The notes beneath the pieces were generated by a model that was not told the DNA's origin, ran no database searches, and was given only the letters and a program-made list of their open reading frames with translations. The translations under genes and the position numbers were made by a program. A DNA stretch of 59,143 nt, the filler included, from Rhizaria sp. SCN 62-66 (lineage: Eukaryota): assembly GCA_001724265.1 (NCBI GenBank). It is 2 parts of 2 records of this genome, joined end to end, with 100 filler letters (N's around TTAATTAATTAA, not from the genome) between each part and the next. Parts side by side here need not be neighbours in the genome. Positions count along the whole stretch, not along the records: positions 1 to 27,396 come from MEDY01000405.1; positions 27,497 to 59,143 come from MEDY01000406.1. One strand, given 5' to 3'. The number at the start of each line of letters is the position of its first letter. The stretch's first letter is position 1. This document shows, piece by piece, positions 24,901 to 33,200 of the stretch.

Positions 24901-27396
24901 CACGCTCAGCGCCAGGCGCGGCTCGTCGGGCATCGGGTACGGCAGCCCCAGGCGCGCGGACAGCGCGGGACCGATGACCAGGTCCTGGAACAGCGCGTCG
25001 CCTAACGCCGAATCGCCCACGGCGGCCACGGCGCGCAGCGAGTCGATGCGCTTCGCCTCGTCGCTGCCCGGCGCGTGCGGCGCCGACGCGCGCGCAGTGC
25101 GGATCGTGTAGGCCAAGTCCTGCTCCTCTAATACGTCAGCCGCGAGCCACGTGCGGTAGAGGAACGGCGGCGGCGGCGGCGCCTTCTGGAACGCGTCGCC
25201 CAGACTGAGGATGCGCAGCGCGTCGAACATGGCGCACTCGTGCAGCGTGAGCAGCTCCGCAGCCGCCGTCTCGGAGGGCGCCACGGCCGCCTTGAGCGCT
25301 GGCGCCGACTCGCGCCCACTGGCGACGCACGCGGCGGAGACTTCGGCGAGCGCGGCCGTCGCCTGCGCGGCCTCGGCGGGGGACGCGGAAGCACAGTACT
25401 GCGACGTCAGCAGCGCCCGGCGCGCGCGCTCGCGGCGGAGCACCTGCGCGCCCGCCCAGCGCACGCAGAGGAATAGCAGCGCCAGCTCCGAGCCCACGGC
25501 GAGCCCCGAGTCGGAGCACAGCAGCGACAGGTGGTACAGCGACAGCGACTCCACGGCCGGTAGCGACAGCAGCGGCGGCAGCGTCGTGCGTAGACGCGGT
25601 AGCAGCAGCGGCGCCAGCGCTGAGCGCGCCGAGAAGGCGTCGCGGCGGCGGGGCTGCAGCTGCTGGGCGGGGCTGTCGTCGGCAGAGTCGTTGTCAAGTG
25701 CGCAGAGCGCGAAGACGAGGTCAAGGAACCGGGACATGGGCGACAACGGCAGCGGCGCCGCAGGGCCGCGCTGGCCGCGGGAGGCGCGCGCGGCAGCGGC
25801 GAACGCCGTGGCGGCGTAGGCGTTGCCGTCCATACTGACGGTGAGCGCCTGCGCGAGCGAGAGGCGGCCGGAACGCGACGCGCGCTCCAGGTCGACAGCG
25901 ACGGCGCGCGCGCGGTGCCTAGCGACTTCTGTCTCGGTCCTCGGCGGGTCCCGAGAAAGCATGCGGCCCGTGGGCGCGCGCGACGAGCGGTCCGCGCCCT
26001 CCGCGGCAGCAGCAATAAAGGCTGCGAGCGATGAGCCGTAGGGTTGGCGCGCGGCGCGCACGTCGTAGGGCGCCAACAGGCCCAGGTCGCGCGCGCCGAT
26101 GGGCTCGGTCGCCGGGGGGGCGAGCGCGGTGCCGGCGCAGGCGTCCACGTTGGCGCCCGCGCCGGGCAGCGGGTCGGCTTTGGTGCGCAGGTCCGGACAG
26201 TGCGGCGTCGCCCCGCGCGACGCGGCGCCGCTGATGCGCGGCGCGGGCACGACCGAGGTGGTGATGAGCCCGCCCTGCACGGCGATGGCCGCGGCCGAGG
26301 GCGGCAGCGGCGTGCGGTCGTAGCAGGGGTCCATGAGCAGCGCCTTGGAGGACTGTGCGTGCGCGGCGAGCGACGGCACCACGGGGCCCGCATCGCCATC
26401 GCCGAAGTCCAGCGCGGGGACCGAGCCCGCGAGTGCGGCCACGGTCGCCGCGTTGCCCGTCGCCGTCGCCGCGCTCGCGGCGGTCACGCCCGCGGTCGTC
26501 AGCGCCAGCGCCGCGGCCGGCGCGGGCGCCGCCGCGGCGGGCAGCTCGGCCGGGAGCCCGGCGGTGGCGACGGCGGTGACCTGCGCGAGGAAGGCGGGCA
26601 CCACGGCGTCGTGCAGCGCGTCGGCCCGCAGCGCGCGCGCGAGCAGGAACAGCAGGCGCACCGTCGCCGGGTCCGCGGCGGGCGCGGCGTCGGGCGCGGA
26701 CGACGTCGCCGAGGCCGTCGACACGCCCGCGGCCGAGGCGCGCGCGGCCGAGGTCACGATCTGCGCCGTCGAGTCGAGCTGGGGCACGGGCGCGAGCAGC
26801 GAGAGGGGGAACGCGCTCTCGACGGACGCCACCGTCAGCTGCCGCGCGCGATCCGGGGTCGTTGCCGCCTGCGTGCGGTCTCGCAGGCGCGAGCGCAGGC
26901 GCGCCATGTACATGTTGCTCACGCCGGAAACCGCGGGCGGCGCCGCGGGCGCGGGCGCGGCGGGTCGCTCCGGAAGCGCCAGCGGGGACGCCTGCGAGAA
27001 AGGCGCCAGCAGCGTGGGCGCCTCGGCCTGCGCGGCGCCGGAAAGGCTGCTACTGCTGCTTTTGCTGCCCGAGCGGGCGGGGGCGGCATCAGGCGCGAGC
27101 GCGGCGGCGGCGGCGGCGTGGAAGCTGCGGCCAGCGGCAACGGCCAGCGGCAACGCGCAGTGCAGGCACGCGTGTGTGCGGCAGCGGCCGCGCGCGGCCG
27201 GGTTGGCGGCCGAGCCCGCGGTCGCGGCCTCCGCCGCGGCGTCAGGGAACGAGTACACGGCGCGCGGCGTCGGCGCGGCGGCGGCGGCGGCGGCGGCCGC
27301 GAGCACCGCGCGCTGCGCCTCGATCGCCGCGGGCAGCGCGTGGGGCAGCGGCGCCAGCGGCGCGCCCGCGGCGGCGGCCACGGCGGCGGCCTGCGG
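15955..27396 (-). CDS. Giant Ala-rich protein (>3800 aa, 5' end lost in the gap) with putative dispersed BTB/BACK-like motifs
   Basis: An 11.4-kb stop-free frame runs up to the N gap. BACK-like ESLSLYHLSLLCSDSGLAVGSELALLFLCVRWA and LLPLLRVHTLP, with weaker BTB-like HCALPLAVAAGRSF and DPATVRLLF. The domain call is less certain than the CDS itself. Confidence 0.8.
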   Translation of the reverse strand, partial: PQAAAVAAAAGAPLAPLPHALPAAIEAQRAVLAAAAAAAAAPTPRAVYSFPDAAAEAATAGSAANPAARGRCRTHACLHCALPLAVAAGRSFHAAAAAALAPDAAPARSGSKSSSSSLSGAAQAEAPTLLAPFSQASPLALPERPAAPAPAAPPAVSGVSNMYMARLRSRLRDRTQAATTPDRARQLTVASVESAFPLSLLAPVPQLDSTAQIVTSAARASAAGVSTASATSSAPDAAPAADPATVRLLFLLARALRADALHDAVVPAFLAQVTAVATAGLPAELPAAAAPAPAAALALTTAGVTAASAATATGNAATVAALAGSVPALDFGDGDAGPVVPSLAAHAQSSKALLMDPCYDRTPLPPSAAAIAVQGGLITTSVVPAPRISGAASRGATPHCPDLRTKADPLPGAGANVDACAGTALAPPATEPIGARDLGLLAPYDVRAARQPYGSSLAAFIAAAAEGADRSSRAPTGRMLSRDPPRTETEVARHRARAVAVDLERASRSGRLSLAQALTVSMDGNAYAATAFAAAARASRGQRGPAAPLPLSPMSRFLDLVFALCALDNDSADDSPAQQLQPRRRDAFSARSALAPLLLPRLRTTLPPLLSLPAVESLSLYHLSLLCSDSGLAVGSELALLFLCVRWAGAQVLRRERARRALLTSQYCASASPAEAAQATAALAEVSAACVASGRESAPALKAAVAPSETAAAELLTLHECAMFDALRILSLGDAFQKAPPPPPFLYRTWLAADVLEEQDLAYTIRTARASAPHAPGSDEAKRIDSLRAVAAVGDSALGDALFQDLVIGPALSARLGLPYPMPDEPRLALSVGLAIADAAEAAVESRVLATGLDPQLDESGGSTNSSDDDDDSDDDDDDETASAVHRAWRRRRRALAQRGASWLWRPVATPDAQARAEHTRAAAKESRLLRERVFALPEQARLAQLNALRDEIEKNNQVLRGVINHAVETASHFLDSSSKTYAKDSSSEWWTPTYGVEEVGKQRVNVVFSRTPALPSNPLRPLSQNLPTGHTVESYRELVRTQNNGPRPMNHAEIARIRATPAEVTRLALSRVTLPPDDDPDTIDATEYAPGTKTPKPKTSNASRTPPMLWGSRDAEKLLEAAAQHVFLTKFEITSGDRESSLGERSLMNNDAYYAGTALSRGAAVQPYGRAHRAYAAAAASSAADAAALASSGLARLMAPVRLTTAALAPFLSPLLPLLRVHTLPAGAVAHVLSTVGIYAPEAVALLADAAAAREDGAEAIAPLPAAASTAAAAAAAAGGVGPIAPDALAACAGGRVWAGAAVAAAAEWERQQAAAAAAGDKVRGRPLPPPLRTQARVAAAYAAAPSQVTVVPLPAVAGPGGAVGARHRVLRRFLDAYQLALMSLHMWDEAGGPLAAPAPAPAEPYEDAAEATRRALAFASQQAVEEAGSAEADGVTADSAKGGSAGDSVWFFPVPVPASAVAAQVFGHPELFLASAGAASAGAGAPPLPSLLWPAALDGLARLGVCRRAQSEDGAATVFLGAVASPLEAAVAALGAPLGATASDSALAALLSRLPRSLWLMGPRLAAGPLVMTFDTAASSSLADFGNALTVASLETSRNGVAGGFVTPSGVAIALGRASDGFAPRGSLFRGLKPNYVSSEEPLTSSTYNTTAINGFTTFLFHYAPEAYVANEVIVSALSIRNNDSGATVSNAARVASAAAALSNIRAAPRPAMPFFPTAHFTAQQCNSTMTLSSALCPWAAAMRDEHVALTLVRAKWAMETRCRALAAHLLASLASLPPAAVAAIAGAPASAAKAGNVLPQDFAAQMALALHCPLLPQSLRAATLHCWNRLRLTDAALLAVAAAIAVQQRSHLAPPPGAEVPIGALFVTLRLPGATHAGLLVRPYKDRDVLGAAVQSPVPLAPAGWTSAPDWKGFARSSFFSEVTVVAAHDRSLLAQGTRAPSAAAAAPAPVAQLRMPGLWDALRMIFAPTSMAAPSAVPTSSAGATPSTPAVGVCAAAGWLSTYCPVRHGVLTGLPWLASRVPMDLVMTCPRTRETEVVNPNRACIAVSEHLGVLVPAAENAESYPTGEPMLQENIFAPLWPRLGTPMAIDITKSHIVALRRGKFIDIQSSKFGAFALSAQSVAAAAPRPVLKLAYRAAADAQTPATGSPATSGSTAARTPPSESDATAAETQLAASLDRLAAPDAVAGTVSGNSAAAAAGPGSASVLCWEVCLPLFLWRNMTLNAREILCANPASLVRGVDEDRRMRQQAASPHTAHSSLAAGQATRSLFPQPSRYAPEGSPVSPNTYGALVPLLHAGGGRDGSLCSHSTPLPQWHAELQALVATGSVAGADAEPWADAEGVEGDPDAFELYARLTAALATAAAASAAAGGDTASSAAAAVGAGDAADALAEVLAAAAAAENANEGYVADDGDDAQAEAADDLESVSAAAPAVSSGASDAEDAETEVIDLLASPFSFDNIVNDDQAFASASAKPARVSRRVLLRRALKRLPLQRLQRLARALARALTGPAPYEDAAQWCGIPAPGAGATAAATDATAALAAMYKESYAAAATLFPASDRDDRYPFPSSKLPFSENTVLVARPEMSPAAPLLPDGALIGVSTRRRGPLPAPLFPSEEVERNLGLPAGVVGAGAGAPVWAFSGEAVSVAAEVRCVDNAPVPANGAPRHSSAASWLGRVITTAAGAPASVGAASSTHIAEAAAAVETATAARTAEAGPVAGWVDAAADAAATSVTVRSHMIAQPFARDAGSGTSDTLLMHEDSQPMAYTAAVAELRGKHMNSRRAGTQVPIFAVEVAARTAGSGAGASALTVGMAAAGVPLNPAAPLLLSPAQLEPVGGADPLLALRTAAVSSEIHPHTRPLDMMLIGYPAPHPDGWASTQVLPASRPRLAQAVLRNELVPYQTREEIAFGVAAEHERLATLLRRLGDDARMAALRTAAAVAASGAGASAAVAAAAAAAAQAPRVSLASAALSSRRARAQVAADAAAVAGLRATAELHLAMHHNGFVPSTQLVLDPRKRTLTLTTSILTLPAAAALAVARFVAAYRPVFDGAVMGLFETCHRGSSTSLTSALASSHFTTSSFVPLLHSLFHHETLPRAAATLTTAVPLPTDAAPTVAGPRPSIYAPLPGGANFAQREPSAGEVLAAAAGACDTLSDLTESPTAPSAAAGGAGVGAQAVRLFGLAQQRKLAVAYFAYMASFRSQCATDARFISNSPRDPISGRLNSVINSNDSNNNNNNSDSDDERSARGLRRAQTATRTNLTIFSTLHMARDLDDLPARGRKSQAATTDGSAEAVVEDDLDDSEDGVAADAEEDYSPSAPRCSGDLDFTYADALAHALVPLRIDLNSPLLADAQAAAVAAASAAASSHHQSASALQTATQPQAVRAAIALYGRAAVASGYFGVDSIRSLYEHSRVFYSGYAGTTLSNPWQGQSGVNRREALATGVADLPFYTRAKALTRDEIESAAVAERNFVDDVSALHEMLASWVPADPTASSPAVAAARRATAVRLCSRLPSNRRTLPQQAEQAYESARIAADSAFRLSHTAYSSSTPQSHSTSALTGASFPTAQILGHQQRLHGRVTGSAEEDDTLANTATSMVCGAGGVLTRDEALYHMLFSLDPRTLPGLEGLAAEPRRGDPRGLRRTAAGAYLRALPRPDVNDSFPQFLAKLRVFAGLLRRTTRSHTITLPHRSLRAAALDVVLEREDAVLATGAAAARGLGALEACGAAKAYEIYSTPVHLAPRAMQAQWAAKQRQLDQAVLDAERTLREAEQRGVAAPAEEFVPYVALAAGHSAYIKAIKLYEVHDWEKLNVF

Positions 27397-27496
27397 NNNN
27401 NNNNNNNNNNNNNNNNNNNNNNNNNNNNNNNNNNNNNNNNTTAATTAATTAANNNNNNNNNNNNNNNNNNNNNNNNNNNNNNNNNNNNNNNNNNNN
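27397..27496. other. Artificial contig/scaffold linker (N44-TTAATTAATTAA-N44)
   Basis: A palindromic 12-mer with stops in all six frames is centred in Ns, 100 nt in total. The genes on both sides are cut mid-CDS. Confidence 0.97.
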
Positions 27497-28019
27497 GCTT
27501 GCGCTGGAGGTCGGCGTCAAAGACGCGCGCGCGGCGCATGGCGTCGGCGAGGTTCATGTTGTTGATGTCCCAGCCGCCGACGACGAGGTCGTTGGGGTTC
27601 ACCATGGGCAGCACCGAGTTGAAGGGGATGTGGACCTCCTTGCCCGACTTGGCGTCGGAGCCGACGCGGACCGTGGTGGCCTGAGTGAGGGAGCCGAAGT
27701 AGTTGGGCTCCTTGACGCCGTCCTTGGTCTCCCAGCACACATTGTGCTTGTTGGCAAGGATGCCGGCGCAGACGGAAGTGCCGTTGTTGCCACCGAGACC
27801 GACAAGCATGACACCGGCCTTGGGGACATGGCGCTTGGTCTTGAAGATGTAGCGGTGAGTCTGGGGGCGGATGTGCACGGTGCCGTTGACGGACTCGACG
27901 TGCGAGCGGGAGTACTCGTAGTCGGAGATAATCTCGTCCTTGGTGTACTTAAGGTTCGGGCTCGACACGGAAATGCCACGGTACATGGCGTGGTCACCCT
28001 TAGCAGGAGCAGAAGCCAT
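27497..28019 (-). CDS. INO1: Myo-inositol-1-phosphate synthase, N-terminal part (truncated by the gap)
   Basis: [56 protein letters not shown]. Confidence 0.95.
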
Positions 28020-28529
28020 GGGGGAAGAGATCTACACTCGAGTGCGAGCACAAGCAAACAAAAGGAATCAATGAGACAGTGCGTTATGACATATGGGTGC
28101 ATTTATTAGATAGAGTTAGTCCATTCCAATGCTTTATGAACCTCGTTCTCATATGAAAAAGTATTTCTGTGTTCAAACAACGGACTTAGACGGCAGAATA
28201 TCAATCTGCCGAATCGTCAAAGTCCGCTCCGATGACGGTGCACCAAAATTTGTTCCCCAAAGCCTTGGTTCGCAAAAACTCGCGAGCGAGGAGCACTTCA
28301 GCATTTGAAAAATGCAAACCGCGTATAAACCATGTATCAAGCACTCAAAAACAAGTTGGTTTTATTCACTAGTGTAACATATATCTTAATAAAGTATCCC
28401 AGGTCGCAAGACACAACAAAGGTAGCAATGCAGACCGTAGCAGGCGCCTGGCCCTCACAAAGCGTGACGAGATCAAAAGCTCTGCAGTCATGTTCTGGGT
28501 GTTCAATCACCTCAGCCAGCGCATCCAGC

Positions 28530-29498
28530 TCACATGCCGATGCGCGAGGCGATGCCCCTGGGCAGCGCGGCGCCGACGGTGGCGGATGCAAGGGACCCCA
28601 TGACGCTGTTGACGCCGCCCGCGCAGGGCAGGTAGCTGGCCGTGTACCAAATGAGCATCGCGAACTGCAGCATGAGCGCAGGGAGGACCACAAACACAGT
28701 CGGCAGCGCCGTGCAGGCAAAGACGACGAGGGCAAGCGACGCGAAGTAGGCGAGCGCGGTGGTGCGTCGGCCGTCCGCGAAGGCGGACTCGAGCTGGCCG
28801 ATGGGGCCGTTGATGAAGCAAGGAGCGAGCCCGATGAAGATGTTGGCGAAGACGTAGGCGAAGGCAAACTTGGCCGCCGCGCCGAGGAAGAGGCCCGGGA
28901 GCATGGAGAAGCACATGAAAAGCATGACACCGCCGGCGCAGAGAGATAGCGTGAAGCCCGCGAGGCGCTGCGGGTAAGTCAGGTCGGGCAGCGCCTCGGA
29001 GAGGGAGGTGAGGCAGGAGCGCAGAAGCGCGGTGACGCGGGCGGCCGCGGCGGCGGCAAAAGGCGGGGAGGCCGCGGCGTCGTCGGCGTCGTCGCCGTCA
29101 ACCGCAGAAACGACCTTGCTGGGAGCGGAGGACAGGTTGTCGGCGGAGTGCGCCCGGGCAGAGGCGCCCATGACGGACATCTCAGTATCGCCACCGGCAC
29201 CGCCGGCACCGTTGCTGCCCGGTGAGTCGGCGGACGCGGAGGCAGAGGTAAAGGCGGACGGCAGACGGATGGACGAGGCAAAGGAGGAGAACATAGCGCC
29301 CGCGCGGGAAGCAGCGGCGGAGAGCTTGGCTGACGCAGCAGCGCCAGCGCCGGCCCCGGAGGACGTCGAAGGGTTGGGGTCGTGGGCGCTGGGCAGAGTG
29401 CCGGTGACCGAGTCAAGGTCGTCGCGCTGGGCAACGGCTTCCCAGCCGGCGAGGCTCGTCTTCTTGTTGAGACCGATGGCGCCCTTGAACTTTTCCAT
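28530..29498 (-). CDS. SFT2: Vesicle transport protein of the Got1/Sft2 family
   Basis: LTYPQRLAGF, KFAFAYVFANI, CFINGP..QL and LIWYTASYLP, with four hydrophobic helices. The ATG at 29498 directly follows CAG. Confidence 0.88.
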   Translation of the reverse strand: MEKFKGAIGLNKKTSLAGWEAVAQRDDLDSVTGTLPSAHDPNPSTSSGAGAGAAASAKLSAAASRAGAMFSSFASSIRLPSAFTSASASADSPGSNGAGGAGGDTEMSVMGASARAHSADNLSSAPSKVVSAVDGDDADDAAASPPFAAAAAARVTALLRSCLTSLSEALPDLTYPQRLAGFTLSLCAGGVMLFMCFSMLPGLFLGAAAKFAFAYVFANIFIGLAPCFINGPIGQLESAFADGRRTTALAYFASLALVVFACTALPTVFVVLPALMLQFAMLIWYTASYLPCAGGVNSVMGSLASATVGAALPRGIASRIGM

Positions 29499-30290
29499 CT
29501 GGTGAAGCGAGCGAGGTGTGGGGATCATAAGGGAGTGTGAAGGTTTAGTGAGTTAAACGGATGTGTGAAAGCAAAGCATGTGGCGGCATAGAAACGCGTT
29601 TCAGAGCATTCAATTTTAATAACAAGTATACACAAGCAGCTCAATCGTATAAATCAATGCGGATTTTCATTTAACGGTCATAGCTAGTAGCTCTGGGCGT
29701 GGCTGCGGAAGTGATGAGTTGGCAGACGCGTCGCTAGTCCTGCCCAACGACTCTTTGCTGCATTTGTGGTCAAACCAACAAAAGCCACGCTTGTGCGACA
29801 TATCTGCAGAGGATTGTCACAAAAACAACAAAAACCGACGTGATAAAGCGTCTAGTATATTGTAGGTGACTATAATACCTGTATTTGTGCGTTCAAATAA
29901 TTGCGTGTCCGCAGATCTTACGATGTGACACTCATGTGTTGGGTTAGGATGCGTGATGACACTGCCGTCCCAGCCGCAGCCTTCAAGGTGCATCTCGATC
30001 GAGAGCTTACCAACACAATGACGCCGGCTAGTGGAGTGCAAAGATGGGTTGACGATGTTCGGAGCTTGCTTGCCGGAGTTCCCACAGATGACACACAGAA
30101 GTTGATCACAGAAAGGAGTTATTTTCGACAAAGTTATGTGGGCATATGACAAGAGTACGTCGCATGTTGCAAGAAGCTCAGGATGGAAAAGATATTAAAA
30201 CAGTGTATCTGTATAATTTAGTACGTGTGCTAGGTATAGCTTCTTAAAAAGCGCGTTTAAATCCTATGAATATAACCGATCTCACAGACT

Positions 30291-33200
30291 TCACTCTGGT
30301 GTCGCCTCATGTTGTTGGGCCTGTTCAGGCAGCGACGCGTTCGCCTGAATCGTCTTGTTAGCTTCACCGCTCACAGTGCTCACAGTCGCAGTATTCGTAG
30401 CAACAGCAACAGTGCCCGCCTCGGGTTCATGCACGCTCTTGCATTCGACAGCAGCACTCGCGTGCATTGCTGAGGCTTGCATCTGCGAAGCACTCATGTT
30501 TACGCCAGCAACAGCTGCGACAGCGGGCTCCGCCCGTGCGGCCGCCACTGCGGGCACGGTGACCCCGGATACGCGACGCAGCCTCAAGCCATCACTCTGT
30601 GCAACTGAAACAGACGTCGCCTCGATTTCTTCGTGGTCGTCGTCAGTGTTACTACCGTCAATCTCTCTACCCGTTGGGACAGTGTTGAGTGCAGGATTTT
30701 GACGAGCAGTCACGACAGGACTCTTGTTCTTGATCCTGTTTTTGCTACTGCTGATGTTTTGATGACTTGTCAACGGCTTTGCAGGAGTCGTCGTTGCTGA
30801 CGTTCCAGTGTCAACGTGCCTTGCGTTGGCGATATTCTTGCCCTTGTCAGCTGAAGTTTGCGCGACACAAGATGGGCTATCAGTGGGCTTAGCAACACCA
30901 CCATCAGTCGGAATCGCAGTTGCAGCAAATGGCGCTCCGACAGGCGCACTGACAATTGCGTCGATACTATTGCTGTTGGCCGTTGAAATGACAGTGCTTT
31001 GTGGTTGGAGCTGGTGTACCTCGCTGTTCTCTGACTTAAGCAATAGCATACGAGTCTTGATGGCAATGAACACAACGACCGCAACAAGAAGAACGCATGC
31101 CATGACAAGGCCCTCGATTTCGCTCGCAAACTGGTTCGCAGAAGCTGCCTCGGCGTCAGCAATGGCCTGAGCCTTCGCAAAATCCTTAGAATCCGCCTCA
31201 ACGTCGCTTACGCCGTGACTGGTAGCTTCGGAAAGAGAGCAGTGCAGGAGCGCTTCCAACGAGCGCAGGGCGGCTGCATCTGCAGTGGCCGCCGCAGCAG
31301 CGCCACCACCGTACGCGCGAATGAGAGGACACAGAGTGCGGCCCACAGTCGTAGTGACTGTGGCCAGCGCACTCCCCAACGTCGGCTCAGCGGCCATGCC
31401 AGTGTCAGCGCCGCCGTCTGTGGCAGTGGCGGCAACGCGCGCCGCAGCCGCGACGAGCGCGGTCTCAAGCGTCGCCATCTTGGCCGTCAGCGCCCGCGCC
31501 TCGGCCTCGGCCGCCGCGGCCCGCGCCGTGGCCGCCGCGGCGGTGGCCGAGAGCGCGCCGACCTCGCCCTCAAGCAAGTTAAGCCGCGCGTGGATGGCGT
31601 CGATCGCGGCGGCGTTGACCGCGGCCGAGGCGACGGCAGAGTTGGTAGTGGCCGTCGCCGCGGCCGCCGAAGCCGCCGCAGTCGCCGTCGCGGCGGCCGA
31701 GACCGCGGCCGAGGACGCGGCGGTGGCTGCGACGGTTGCGGCCTCCGCGCTCGCCGCCGCGGCCGTCGCGGTCGCAGCGGCGGCGGCGACGTTGTTGTTG
31801 GTGACGGCGATGTCCTCGGTCACTTTGTCGACGAGCTCCTCGAGGAAGCGGGTGAGATACGCCTGCTCCACGTCGAGCTCCTTGAGCCGCGCGGCGAGGA
31901 CCTTGACCACAGAGCCGCTGTCGCCGCCCTTGGGCTTGAGGCCGTGGCCGTGAAGCAGCCCACCGGCCAGCGCCGCATGGCGGCCACCGGGCACCTGCAG
32001 CGGCTTCGGCAAACCTCCACCGACGCCTCCAGCGCCAGCGGCAGTGGCAGCGGCAGTGGCTGTGTGGGCGTTGGCAGTAGCGCCGCCAGTGCCAGCGCCA
32101 GTGCTAATGCCAGAGGCAGAGGCAGAGGCAGAGACAGAGGAAGGAGCGGCGGCCGGGTTAGCGGTGGCGGCTGCGCCAGTGCTCGTGCCGGCGACGGCGA
32201 CGCCTGAGCCGTGGGGCGTGTTGTTGTTGTTGTTGTTGTTGGTGTTGTGAATAGAATTGGCTGGGGCAGCAACAGGGACGGCGCCAGCGGTGCCAGCGCT
32301 GGCCGTGGCGGCGCCACGGTTAGGGCGCTGCGAGAGCCGGGCTGCTAGCGAGGCGAGCCCGCTCGGCACCGCAGGCACAGTGTTTGGCACCGTGTTGGGA
32401 ACTGGCGTGGGGACTGTGGACACTGCGACAGGAACCGAGGGCACCACTGCGCCAGGGACTGTGGGCACAGCGCTAGAGGCGGTGGTGGGTGCAGCACTCG
32501 AGACAGTGCCCGCATTCACCGTGGGGGGCGCAAGGCTTGCGGCCGCGGAAGCAGCAGCGGCCGCGGCAGCAGGCTGGGCAGTGCCAGTCACGGTGACCGT
32601 GGGCGCGTCGGTGTTCGGAGCGGCCGCGGTGTTTGCGGTGTGTTTATTGTTGTTGCAGTGCATCGTAACGGGGATAGACAGCCACTCACTGGGGATCGTC
32701 ACCGTGCCAGCGCCAGCGCCGATGCCAATGCCAGCGCCGGAGCCAGCAGCAACGGAGCCTGGAGTCACGAGCGCAGTCGCGTCTGCATCTGTCGCCGCGC
32801 CGGTAGAGTCGCCCTCACGAGTGCAGTGGTTCTGACCGTTGACGTCCAAGTCCGCATGGGCATTGGCGGTAACGCTCGTGGCTGCGTTGGTGTTGACAAC
32901 GTCAACATCGTCGGTCACAACAACATCATCGGGGTTCGCAGGTGTTTCACCGGCACCGCTGGCGGCAACAGCGCTCGCTGTGTTGTTAGCATTGGCGTTG
33001 GCTGTAGCAGCCGCAGCACTTGCCGTGGTGCCAGCGCTGTCCGTGTTAGAGGCAGCATTGGGCACGCTGACAGGGCACGAGCTGTTGTTCGCCGCAGCGA
33101 CAGCAACGTCAGGTGGCCTAATTTCCGCAGGCGGCTTGACTTCCGCGCTCGCAGCAGCAGCATCGGTCGGCACAGCTGAGTTTTGAGTTGCTGCTGCAGG

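Noticed and set aside
27441..27452. Perfect palindrome TTAATTAATTAA, and the apparent adjacency of INO1 to the giant ORF
   Set aside because: It is an artificial six-frame-stop linker inside Ns. No fusion or synteny can be inferred across it.
29901..30149. 82-aa plus-strand ORF in the SFT2-SUN spacer
   Set aside because: It is short, has no recognisable motif and lacks the codon bias of the real genes. It may be a remnant but is unsupported.
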